A DNA stretch of 64,000 nt from a bacterium (GTDB lineage Bacteria > Desulfobacterota > JADFVX01), in NCBI GenBank assembly GCA_032250935.1, contig JAVVFD010000001.1, positions 10,976 through 74,975 of the forward strand, written 5' to 3'. A model generated the notes under the pieces. It searched no databases. It was given only the letters and a program-made list of their open reading frames with translations, and was not told where the DNA came from. This document shows positions 1 through 8,144 of the stretch, piece by piece. Numbering within the stretch: the first letter of the stretch is position 1; each line of letters opens with the position of its first letter. The position numbers were made by a program, and so were the translations under genes.

Positions 1-781
1 CCCCCCCGAGGGAATAGATAGTATATACGCCTACATTGAACTCCATATAGAACAGGGGAATTTACTTGAAACAAGCGGAAAAGAGCTTGGCATTGTTTTG
101 GGGATCAGGGGGGCGTCGCGTATGATGGTGACCCTTGAAGGCGCTTTCGATCATTCTGGCGCAACGCCGATGGGGGGTGCATTCCGAAAAGACGTTAATC
201 TCGCCCTGGGTTATATTATTGTGAGGCTCGATGAGCTTGCAACGAGACATATTGAGGCGGGAATGGATCTTGTCCAGACCATTGGCGTCATAAACTCCAG
301 CTCGGATCTTAATGAATTAAACTCCGATATCTACAGGAATGCAGTGACCAAAGTGAGTGGTTTTGCCTACTTCTCTCATGAAGTGAGAAGCTGCAACAGC
401 TACGAAAGCGACATCTTCTGCCTGGAGGCCATAGAGATCATACTTGACACGGCAAAGGAGTTCGGGATCTCTGCCGGCATTAAAGAAATTGGTAAAACAG
501 CGGGAATACCTTCATTGAGCGGGACTGTCCAGGTAGCGCTTGAGGCCTCGTCTTGTGAGGCAGGTGCGTCCTTCATGAAAATGTTCAGTGGAGCATGGCA
601 TGATGCCGCAGTAGTGGCCAGCCAGCAAAGAAGTGACGGCAGCCGGATTCCTGCCGGCATGCTGTTTATACCATGCAAAGATGGAAAGAGCCATACACCC
701 GAAGAATACTGCAGCCCTGAGCAGATTGCAAAGGGAGCGACGGTGCTGGCAAGAGCGATGCTTCGCCTGGCCGATGAGTAA
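1..781 (+). CDS. Partial (5'-truncated) Zn-dependent amidohydrolase of the M20 hydantoinase/carbamoylase family (allantoate amidohydrolase / N-carbamoyl-amino-acid hydrolase type). The frame opens at nt 2 and runs to the stop at 781.
   Basis: The frame is open from the window edge. Upstream of the listed ORF start it reads AYIELHIEQGNLLETSGKELGIVLGIRGASRMMVTLEGAFDHSGATPM. The C-terminal motif is IPAGMLFIPCKDGKSHTPEEY. Both are typical of M20 carbamoylase-type hydrolases. Confidence 0.75.
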   Translation, partial: PPEGIDSIYAYIELHIEQGNLLETSGKELGIVLGIRGASRMMVTLEGAFDHSGATPMGGAFRKDVNLALGYIIVRLDELATRHIEAGMDLVQTIGVINSSSDLNELNSDIYRNAVTKVSGFAYFSHEVRSCNSYESDIFCLEAIEIILDTAKEFGISAGIKEIGKTAGIPSLSGTVQVALEASSCEAGASFMKMFSGAWHDAAVVASQQRSDGSRIPAGMLFIPCKDGKSHTPEEYCSPEQIAKGATVLARAMLRLADE

Positions 782-861
782 TAGCTCTGAGAGGACTTTT
801 TACGTCATAGAGATCATGGAAGGTATCACGGGCGGAAGCTTCCTTGGCATTAGTGTTTATA

Positions 862-1617
862 TTAAGCGTGGTCATTTAAAAGTGTCGGAAGAATCTCTGC
901 GGCCTTTCCCGCGATGGCTTCATCAACTACGCGGCTATTTGGAGTCTTTTCGATATTCAGTTCCACAACATAGGCGCCTGCCTGCCTGGCTATCGATGCC
1001 ATGGAGGCTGCGGGCTGCACTACTCCAGATGTACCTACTACAAGGAGTATGTCGCATCTTTCAAGCGCCGCATAGGCCGAGCTTATTATATCTGCAGGCA
1101 GCATCTCGCCAAACCAGACAATGTGAGGCCTCAAGAGGCCGCCGCACTCCCTGCAGCGGGGTAGTATGTCGATAGGAAGGTCGTGATTTTCACTGACTAT
1201 GCCGCAACCGGTGCATCTTACCTTCCATATATTTCCATGCAGCTCAAGAATGTTCCTGCTGCCTGCCTCTTCGTGCAGGCCATCTACATTTTGAGTGATA
1301 AGCGTAAAATCTGTAGTTTTTTTCTCAAAAGACGCAAGGGCCTTGTGTGCCATATTGGGTGATAAGAGAGCAATCTTCTCGCGCCGCATATTGTACCACT
1401 CCCAGACCAGCTCAGGGTCACGCCGAAATGCCTCGGGCGTGGCGAGCTCCTCCGCTCTATAGCTTCTCCAAAGACCTCCTTTCCCCCTGAAGGTAGGTAC
1501 GCCGCTTTCAGCGGATATGCCCGCACCGGTGAGTATAGAGACAGATTTTGCGAGGCTTAATTTTGATTTGATTCTGCTTATCTGTTTTTCATTCATTTCA
1601 ATTTCTGCAAACTTCAA
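862..1617 (-). CDS. cobB: NAD-dependent protein deacylase (Sir2/CobB sirtuin)
   Basis: Carries GAGISAESGVPTFRG, the QNVDGLH motif and a CxxC...CxxC zinc ribbon. The listed start is TTG; an in-frame ATG at 1596 (MNEKQ...) is an alternative start. Confidence 0.85.
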   Translation of the reverse strand: MKFAEIEMNEKQISRIKSKLSLAKSVSILTGAGISAESGVPTFRGKGGLWRSYRAEELATPEAFRRDPELVWEWYNMRREKIALLSPNMAHKALASFEKKTTDFTLITQNVDGLHEEAGSRNILELHGNIWKVRCTGCGIVSENHDLPIDILPRCRECGGLLRPHIVWFGEMLPADIISSAYAALERCDILLVVGTSGVVQPAASMASIARQAGAYVVELNIEKTPNSRVVDEAIAGKAAEILPTLLNDHA

Positions 1618-1717
1618 TTATCCAGGGCGAAGGGAGGTTTGGATGGATTGCTTCTATTTATAAAGACGGCAGAGAAAATTGCGTCAGGAAGTTTAAAACC
1701 AGGGAAGGGGGAGTAAA

Positions 1718-1745
1718 TATGCCCCGCCGGAGCGGGGCTGGTTAA
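1718..1745 (-). terminator. Putative rho-independent terminator downstream of the 1765-2424 minus-strand gene
   Basis: GC hairpin GCCCCGC-TCCG-GCGGGGC, followed on the minus strand by ATATTTACT. The T-tract is weak. Confidence 0.3.
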
Positions 1746-1764
1746 TTAGTAGCTATATTTATGA

Positions 1765-2424
1765 CTATGCCGGAGAGATACAATATTTACAGGCGCCAGA
1801 GCCTTTCATTACAGAATCTTCAATATTGTATTCCATCCCTGATGTTGAGCCTGCCAGGAAGCCCTTTATCCATGCTCCTGTGATCTTGCACATCAGTTCA
1901 AGAGGTGCGCCTGCTTCTTTCCAGTTGTTGCTGTGGAGGCATTCGCTCTGTCTTATAACAAGTTTGTCACCGCTGAGCTCGGGCTGCGCGCCCTGGTCGC
2001 AAGGCATGCCGTCAAGCTGGCGATCATAAAGCGCCTTATAAATAGACTGCATATCGCCTGCATCAACTTCTTCCTTTGCAGCGTCACCTGTTTTTTTACC
2101 GAATTCTTCTGCTGTGGCAAGGGCAATGTCGGCGGCCTTGTCAGCGTATTTATCAGTAAAGACCTTAACAACTGCGCCCTCCCTCGTCTCTACCATCCTG
2201 ATAAGTCCCATCAAAAAAGGGTGTATCTGGGCGTCCCCGATAATATCCTCAAGGGGGATGCCGACGGGAAATGCAGGGTAGCTATCATCTATCCCAGCGA
2301 TAAGAGCATCCGCATCTGCGCCGAATGCGCCCTTAAATGCGTCCTCAATAGCTGAAGCCCTTTCCGCACCGTTTTGTATTTTGTTGTAAAGCCATTGATG
2401 TATAGGCCCAAGAAACATGCTCAT
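1765..2424 (-). CDS. Conserved hypothetical protein with a Cys-rich C-terminus (CxxxC...C...CKYC). Function unknown.
   Basis: Long ORF with coding-like composition, bounded by an upstream AT-rich promoter region and a downstream hairpin. I recognise no family. Confidence 0.4.
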   Translation of the reverse strand: MSMFLGPIHQWLYNKIQNGAERASAIEDAFKGAFGADADALIAGIDDSYPAFPVGIPLEDIIGDAQIHPFLMGLIRMVETREGAVVKVFTDKYADKAADIALATAEEFGKKTGDAAKEEVDAGDMQSIYKALYDRQLDGMPCDQGAQPELSGDKLVIRQSECLHSNNWKEAGAPLELMCKITGAWIKGFLAGSTSGMEYNIEDSVMKGSGACKYCISPA

Positions 2425-2673
2425 AGTAGTTTTCTCCTGAAGTTTTTTTTGGACTCATATTTATACACTATTACAGACGATGCAACAAGTCCAAAGTCAA
2501 ATTATGTAAGTTAACATAGGCACATTTGTTTTTATATTGAGGGATTGATATTGCTTATTGTGGCCCAATAGGTTTGATTTATGGCAATAGTCTCGACTAT
2601 AATTAACTAACTATATTGAACAGTATTGTAGTTGCCCCCGACTAAATACCAAATTTAAATCTGGGAATTTTTT

Positions 2674-3501
2674 ATGAAAAAAATTATTGCCGCTGCGGTG
2701 CAGATGACCTCCTCTTCCAACAGGGAGGCAAACCTTAAAAAAGCTGAAGAGTTTCTCAGCAGGGGTGTCGATGAAGGGGCCAGTCTTTTATCCCTGCCGG
2801 AAAATTTCTCTTTCATGGGAGAGGGTGAGAAGGACAAGCTTGAGGTGGCGGAAATGCCGGAAGGAGGTCCTGTTACCGATTTCCTGAAGGGCTTTGCGCG
2901 CCTTAACAAGGTATGGATTGTTGGAGGTTCCGTTCCGGTTCAGGCAGGAGAAGGAAAGGTATTTAATCGCTCTCTTTTGATTGATGATAGGGGAGAGGTC
3001 GCTGCGAGCTATGATAAGATACATCTCTTCGATGTCGATATTGCGGGAGGTGAAAGTCATAAGGAATCCAGAACGGTATGCCCTGGCGACAAGCTTGTTA
3101 CCCATAAAACTCCCTCTGGGGTGGTCGGGTTGTCTATATGTTATGATCTCAGGTTTCCCGAACTATACAGGGAGCTTGCCTTAAAGGGAGCCACAATGAT
3201 ATTTGTTCCTGCGGCCTTTACCAGCCAAACCGGTGAGGCCCATTGGGAGGTGCTGCTAAGGGCCAGGGCGATAGAAAACCAGCTTTATATTATCGCCCCT
3301 GCACAGGTAGGCGTTCATAATAAGAAGAGAAGCACTTTCGGTAATTCCATGATTATAGACCCCTGGGGAAGAATTATTGCAAGGGCCCAAGGTGAAGAGA
3401 CGGTCATAAGCGCTGAAATAGATTTAGATTATCTGGACTCGGTCAGGCAAGGCATCCCGTGCCTAAGTCACAGACGCCTAAAAAGTCTGGGGGAATCATA
3501 A
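2674..3501 (+). CDS. Carbon-nitrogen hydrolase (nitrilase superfamily, Nit/omega-amidase-like)
   Basis: The N-terminus AAVQMTSS...EANL is followed by the catalytic Glu region and by a Cys in GLSICYDLRFPE, as expected for the E-K-C triad of CN-hydrolases. Confidence 0.8.
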   Translation: MKKIIAAAVQMTSSSNREANLKKAEEFLSRGVDEGASLLSLPENFSFMGEGEKDKLEVAEMPEGGPVTDFLKGFARLNKVWIVGGSVPVQAGEGKVFNRSLLIDDRGEVAASYDKIHLFDVDIAGGESHKESRTVCPGDKLVTHKTPSGVVGLSICYDLRFPELYRELALKGATMIFVPAAFTSQTGEAHWEVLLRARAIENQLYIIAPAQVGVHNKKRSTFGNSMIIDPWGRIIARAQGEETVISAEIDLDYLDSVRQGIPCLSHRRLKSLGES

Positions 3502-3599
3502 ATCCGGTATTTTTGAAGTTTTTGCTTGTTATTGCTGTGCTACAATATTGCCTGGATTGAGTCGATAAATCTTAAAAATTTAATTTAGAGGTTGGGTCT

Positions 3600-3785
3600 G
3601 TGGGTTGTTGCGAAGATAAAAGAGAAAATGAGAAGGACCCTGAGCTTGTCGAGTGTGAGACCTGCAAAATGAAGACCGGCAGATCTGTAGTTGCTGTAAT
3701 GTATCTAAGGGGGGATGAGCATTTTTTCTGCTCTCATCAATGTCAGGATAGATGGGAATCTCTTCATCCGGACAAGTTGTGGTAG
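3600..3785 (+). CDS. Small TRASH/YHS-like metal-binding domain protein
   Basis: Contains CETC...FFCSHQC, the CxxC...FCSxxC arrangement of TRASH/YHS domains. GTG start with a GAGGT ribosome-binding site 7 nt upstream. Confidence 0.4.
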   Translation: MGCCEDKRENEKDPELVECETCKMKTGRSVVAVMYLRGDEHFFCSHQCQDRWESLHPDKLW

Positions 3786-3887
3786 CTTAGACTGTGGGGA
3801 AAATGCAGGGGAAAATGTTTTGACATTTAATGCATTATTGATATACTGAAATCCATTAATACGTAACATTAAATCTGTGAAAGCGCC

Positions 3888-4376
3888 ATGAAAAAGAGCA
3901 ATAATGAAGTAAGCCGTCAGATATTATCCTACCTTGCAGAGGCGAGTCCCAAAGCGGTAAAATTTCATGAGATTGTAAATACGCTGGAGATAGAAGAAAG
4001 AGCGCTTTTCAAGAACCTTTTCTTCCTTGAAGAAAACCATCTGGTTCAGCTCATGTCCAGTTATCCTTCAGGGGCAACCTATCCCACCATCCATATGGTA
4101 AAGATGAGAGATGAGGGGGCAGCTCTATTGCATGATGAAGGAAAACTTGAATCAATGTTTCCACTGAAGGGCTTTTCATCCAGACTTGACCTCTATACAA
4201 TCAACAGTTTAATGCTGCCTGAAGTTCTGAACATACTTCTGGTTTTGATTGAAAAAGAGGAAGTGGCAAAAGGAGCTGATAAAGAAAAACTTTTAGATGA
4301 TATTAAAGATCTGGCTTCAGCCCCGGGCGTATCGGCTCTTACGCTTGGTAACCTATTTGAGTACTATCAGCCATGA
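3888..4376 (+). CDS. Hypothetical protein with a putative winged-helix N-terminus
   Basis: The N-terminal roughly 90 aa (SRQILSYLAEASPKAVKFHEIVNTL...) look like a winged helix-turn-helix. Its stop overlaps the next start (ATGA). Confidence 0.4.
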   Translation: MKKSNNEVSRQILSYLAEASPKAVKFHEIVNTLEIEERALFKNLFFLEENHLVQLMSSYPSGATYPTIHMVKMRDEGAALLHDEGKLESMFPLKGFSSRLDLYTINSLMLPEVLNILLVLIEKEEVAKGADKEKLLDDIKDLASAPGVSALTLGNLFEYYQP

Positions 4377-4573
4377 AATTAACAGGCGATGAAAAAGGGA
4401 TAGACGTTTTAAAGGGGATGCATAGCACCAATAATGACTATCTTAAGTTCCTGTTGCAGGAAGCGAAAACCGTTTTCGGAAATATTGTTGATTTTAAGGC
4501 CGATGGAGACAATCAAAAATATAGACTTCATTTTAATCCTGCCTCGGGTGAATTCACCGTTGAAAAACTTTGA
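4373..4573 (+). CDS. Hypothetical small protein (66 aa)
   Basis: Translationally coupled on both sides (ATGA and TTGA overlaps). I recognise no domain. Confidence 0.35.
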   Translation: MKLTGDEKGIDVLKGMHSTNNDYLKFLLQEAKTVFGNIVDFKADGDNQKYRLHFNPASGEFTVEKL

Positions 4574-5055
4574 AAAGCAAATTTAAGACACTCCAGGAAT
4601 TAAAAGCAACCATAGAAGCGATCAGGAAGAAAGGCGGCAAGGTTGTTTTCACAAATGGCTGTTTTGACCTGCTTCATGCTGGACATACCAGATACCTTAA
4701 AGAAGCAAAACTGATAGGTGATTACCTGGTTATCGCAATAAACAGCGATAAATCCGTAAGGGGCCTTAAGGGTGATAAAAGACCTATAGTGCCTGAAGCG
4801 GAAAGGGTAGAGCTTCTTGCTGCATTGGAGGTTGTGGATTTCGTTACGATCTTTGATGAGCCTGATCCCTATAATGTAATAAATGAACTTAAACCCGACT
4901 TTCTGGTTAAGGGCGGGGACTGGGGAGAAGGCGAAATAATCGGCAGTGACATAGTGATAGAAAACGGCGGTGAAGTTATCCGCCTCCCCTACCTTGAAGG
5001 TTCTTCATCTACAAATATTGTAGAGACAATCATAGAGAGATATTGTGGCGGTTAA
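4570..5055 (+). CDS. Cytidylyl/adenylyltransferase resembling RfaE/HldE domain II (D-glycero-beta-D-manno-heptose-1-phosphate adenylyltransferase-like)
   Basis: Carries VVFTNGCFDLLHAGHTRYL, the (H/T)xGH nucleotidyltransferase motif, followed by SDKSV and then KG...RP. TTG start. Confidence 0.7.
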   Translation: MKSKFKTLQELKATIEAIRKKGGKVVFTNGCFDLLHAGHTRYLKEAKLIGDYLVIAINSDKSVRGLKGDKRPIVPEAERVELLAALEVVDFVTIFDEPDPYNVINELKPDFLVKGGDWGEGEIIGSDIVIENGGEVIRLPYLEGSSSTNIVETIIERYCGG

Positions 5056-5062
5056 AGAGAGG

Positions 5063-5240
5063 ATGAAAGAGCATTGCGCCATTCTCATTGCCACTAAGGG
5101 GAAGGACGCCCCCGGCATAACCTCTGCCCTCACCGGCATCATAGCAAATCATGACTATCTATAATAGATATTGAACAGGTTGTCATTCACAATGCTCTTA
5201 AACGTTCCATCCTTGTCGTCATCAGCCAGGTAAGGACTTA
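5063..5240 (+). pseudogene. Disrupted ACT-domain (UPF0237-like) small regulatory protein gene. It has an in-frame TAA stop, and the reading continues in the +1 frame.
   Basis: MKEHCAILIATKGKDAPGITSALTGIIANHDYL* reads as the N-terminal half of an ACT domain. The +1 frame then gives IDIEQVVIHNALKRSILVVISQVRT, matching the next beta-strand region. Confidence 0.3.
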
Positions 5241-5268
5241 ATTTTTAAATTATTTCAGGAGGTCTGAT

Positions 5269-6201
5269 ATGTCCGATGAAACTTACGATTTAGTGACTAT
5301 AGGCGGAGGCCCTGCCGGGTTGACTGCCGCCATATACGCCGGCAGGGGCATGCTTAAAACGCTTGTTCTTGAAAAACTTATGATGGGCGGGCAGGCTACT
5401 ATAACGCATATGATAGATAATTACCCCGGCTTTCCCGACGGGGTCACAGGGCCTGATCTTATGGGAAAATTTGAAAATCAGGCCAAACGTTTTGGGGCAG
5501 AATTTAAGTTTGCCACAGTCGATAAAATAATACTTGATGGCAATATTAAGGTGCTTAAGATTGCCGATGGGGAAATAAGGGCCAAAACGGTCATTATCTG
5601 CACTGGAGCCGAGCCAAGGCGCCTTGACGTGCCGGGAGAAACGAAGCTGACGGGGAAGGGAGTTTCTTACTGCGCAACCTGCGATGGGGCATTCTTCAGG
5701 GAAGCCGTAATTGCAGTAGTAGGGGGCGGTGATTCGGCGGTAAAGGAGGCGATCTACCTTACAAAATTCGCAAGCAAGGTCTACGTCATACATAGAAGAG
5801 ACGAATTGCGTGCAGAGAAGATAACGATTGAGCAGGCATTTGCAAACGAAAAGATAGAGTTTGTCTGGGATTCGATTGTTGAGGAGATTACAGGTAAGCA
5901 TGCCGTTGAATCTGTTATGGTAAAAAATGTAAAAGACGGCTCAACGAAAGAGCTTAAACTTGAAGGTGTTTTTATATATGTAGGGATGATCCCGAATACG
6001 GGATTCCTGAAAGATTTTGTCAAACTTGATGAGGCCGGTTACATTGTAGCCGATAGAGATACTCACACCGATATAACAGGTGTTTTTGCGGCGGGAGATG
6101 TGAGAAGAAAGCTGTCGAGGCAGGTTGCAACAGCTGTGGGTGACGGTGCAACGGCCGCAATGGCTGCAGAAGAGTGCATTGCCGGACACTGTTTTGAATA
6201 G
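5269..6201 (+). CDS. trxB: Thioredoxin-disulfide reductase
   Basis: Contains GGGPAG, the redox-active CATCDG, and the GGGDSA and AAGDVR NAD/FAD motifs. Confidence 0.9.
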   Translation: MSDETYDLVTIGGGPAGLTAAIYAGRGMLKTLVLEKLMMGGQATITHMIDNYPGFPDGVTGPDLMGKFENQAKRFGAEFKFATVDKIILDGNIKVLKIADGEIRAKTVIICTGAEPRRLDVPGETKLTGKGVSYCATCDGAFFREAVIAVVGGGDSAVKEAIYLTKFASKVYVIHRRDELRAEKITIEQAFANEKIEFVWDSIVEEITGKHAVESVMVKNVKDGSTKELKLEGVFIYVGMIPNTGFLKDFVKLDEAGYIVADRDTHTDITGVFAAGDVRRKLSRQVATAVGDGATAAMAAEECIAGHCFE

Positions 6202-6213
6202 GAGGGAAGTTAC

Positions 6214-6675
6214 ATGGATATAGATATCTTAAAAAAGGTAAGGTTTTTTGATACGCTCACTGAAGATGAGCTTAAGGAAATTGCATCCCTTTCAAAGACG
6301 GAGGAATATAAAGAAGGCGAGACGATCTTTAAAGAGGGGGATGAAGGGGAGAGGCTTTTCATCATACTCTCCGGCGCAGTCAGGATAAGTAAAAATATAC
6401 CGGGCATGGGAGAAGAGGCCCTTAGCGTTCTTAGAGCAGGCGACTATTTCGGGGAGATGGCCCTGATTGATAACGCGCCCCGCTCCGCTGACGCCCGCAT
6501 TCATGAGGATTCCAGCTTAATGACCTTGTCGAAAAAAGACCTTGAGACTTTAATGGATGAAAAAAAGGATATGGGCTACAAAATTCTTTCAAAGTTCGTG
6601 GAAACCCTCTCTCAGCGACTGAGAGATACAAATGACAAGATAAGATCCTTCTTTGCCATGACAGGAGGGTTTTAA
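6214..6675 (+). CDS. Stand-alone cyclic-nucleotide-binding domain protein
   Basis: Carries the GDYFGEMALID...RSADARI cNMP-binding signature. It starts 13 nt after the trxB stop. Confidence 0.7.
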   Translation: MDIDILKKVRFFDTLTEDELKEIASLSKTEEYKEGETIFKEGDEGERLFIILSGAVRISKNIPGMGEEALSVLRAGDYFGEMALIDNAPRSADARIHEDSSLMTLSKKDLETLMDEKKDMGYKILSKFVETLSQRLRDTNDKIRSFFAMTGGF

Positions 6676-6750
6676 ATCAGTTATCCTTTTATCAATACAG
6701 GTTTGATAAATAAGTTTTTAGAAAGCTAAAGGTAAGGCAAACGGGCAGAA

Positions 6751-6996
6751 CTATCCCTTCCCCTTCTCTTTGTATTGCTGCCAGCATTCCTTGCTGCAAA
6801 AATAGAGCTTTTTCCCGCCAGACTTTTTTTCCAGAGCTGAACTTTTCGGTATAAATGTTCCGCAGTACGGATCTTCTACCATATATTCACCTGAATTATT
6901 ATTTTCCCCTTTATCTTTAATTTTAGGCGAGATAAGCGCTTTTATAATGTTAATCGCAAGGTATATTATTGTGAAGTAGATTATTAGCCTGATCAT
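6751..6996 (-). CDS. Small membrane-anchored YHS/TRASH-like domain protein
   Basis: An N-terminal hydrophobic helix is followed by DPYCG...YFCSKEC, the YHS-type motif. Overlaps the upstream TPR gene by 4 nt. Confidence 0.45.
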   Translation of the reverse strand: MIRLIIYFTIIYLAINIIKALISPKIKDKGENNNSGEYMVEDPYCGTFIPKSSALEKKSGGKKLYFCSKECWQQYKEKGKG

Positions 6997-7583
6997 TTTT
7001 TGGCCTTCCTTGTCCTGAGCATCTCTTTTAAGACCTTGATGTTTCCCCTTAACTCCTCGGCAAGAACAAAGTATGGGTCAATTCTTAAAAGTTCTTCCCA
7101 TATCTCTATGGCTCCCTCTATATTTTTTATATCCCAGAGGAGGACGACTCCGATATTATATCTTGAGATGGAGTGTCTCGGATCTATTAAGAGGCTTTTT
7201 CTGTATTCTGCAAGCGCCTTCTTAGGCAGGCCTATGCGCCTGTATGCGGTTCCAAGGTCTGTCCTTACGGCAACGTTATCAGGATAAATCTCAAGAGTTT
7301 TTTTGTATATCTTGATTGCTTCAGTATCCCTGCCTATGTCGAACAGGGCATTACCGAGGGCGCTGAGTAAAATTATATTGTCAGGTTCTTTTTTAAGTAG
7401 TTGCTCATAGTTTTTAATTGCCTCATAATAGTCTTCCTTGCTTCTTTCGGACTTTATGGTGTCGGTTTTTACGACCTTTTGTTCACTAATCGCCTTGTCT
7501 TCCCTCCCGCATCCTGATGATAAAAGAGAAAGAGCTATTAAGGGAATGCATAGAAAAATGCCGCCCTTTAAAATTGATGTCAT
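6993..7583 (-). CDS. TPR-repeat lipoprotein
   Basis: Lipobox LLSSGC, followed by several 34-residue TPR-like repeats. ATG overlaps the folK stop (ATGA). Confidence 0.6.
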   Translation of the reverse strand: MTSILKGGIFLCIPLIALSLLSSGCGREDKAISEQKVVKTDTIKSERSKEDYYEAIKNYEQLLKKEPDNIILLSALGNALFDIGRDTEAIKIYKKTLEIYPDNVAVRTDLGTAYRRIGLPKKALAEYRKSLLIDPRHSISRYNIGVVLLWDIKNIEGAIEIWEELLRIDPYFVLAEELRGNIKVLKEMLRTRKAKK

Positions 7584-8080
7584 ATTTTATCCGCCTTCAA
7601 TCTGCTTATACAATTATCCTCCGGAAGCGCAGCCTTTAACTGAGCCACTGTTTCGCCGGTTACAGGATGTTTGACATCAGCCCCTATTTCCAGAAGTGGT
7701 ATTAATACAAAACCTCTTTCAGTCATATGAGGGTGAGGTATGCTAAGTTCTGGCGTTATGATGACTTTATCTGCATAAAACAATATATCCAGATCGATAA
7801 TTCTTGGTCCCCATTTGAAGTTTTTTTCTCTTCCAAGCAGCTCCTCAATGTTTTTTATCTCAATCAGGAGTTTTTGAGGGCTAAGATCAGTTTCTATTTT
7901 AGCCGCCATATTTATAAATCTGGGTTGATCTTTATAACCCACCGGTTCCGTCTCGTAGAGAGATGAAAAAGCTACAAGTTTAATTCCATATGTTTCATCG
8001 AGCGCCCTTAATGCCTTCCTGCAGTTTGCGCTTCGATTGTTCATATTGGAGCCTATGGAGAGGTATGCGTCATTTATCAT
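7580..8080 (-). CDS. folK: 2-amino-4-hydroxy-6-hydroxymethyldihydropteridine pyrophosphokinase
   Basis: Matches the HPPK family: AYLSIGSN...ETEPVG...PRIIDLDIL. Confidence 0.8.
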   Translation of the reverse strand: MINDAYLSIGSNMNNRSANCRKALRALDETYGIKLVAFSSLYETEPVGYKDQPRFINMAAKIETDLSPQKLLIEIKNIEELLGREKNFKWGPRIIDLDILFYADKVIITPELSIPHPHMTERGFVLIPLLEIGADVKHPVTGETVAQLKAALPEDNCISRLKADKI

Positions 8081-8144
8081 TGCAATCCATAAATATCAAA
8101 GGGGATGACTTTAGTCAATTAAAATAGGGGCTTTCATAGATAGT

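Noticed and set aside
633-1175. 180-aa + strand ORF overlapping the sirtuin gene
   Set aside because: It lies antisense to a strongly supported CDS, and the protein has no recognisable features.
5290-6189. Minus-strand ORFs of 203, 80 and 82 aa inside trxB
   Set aside because: They lie antisense within a confidently assigned gene, have no ribosome-binding site and are low-complexity. These are shadow ORFs.
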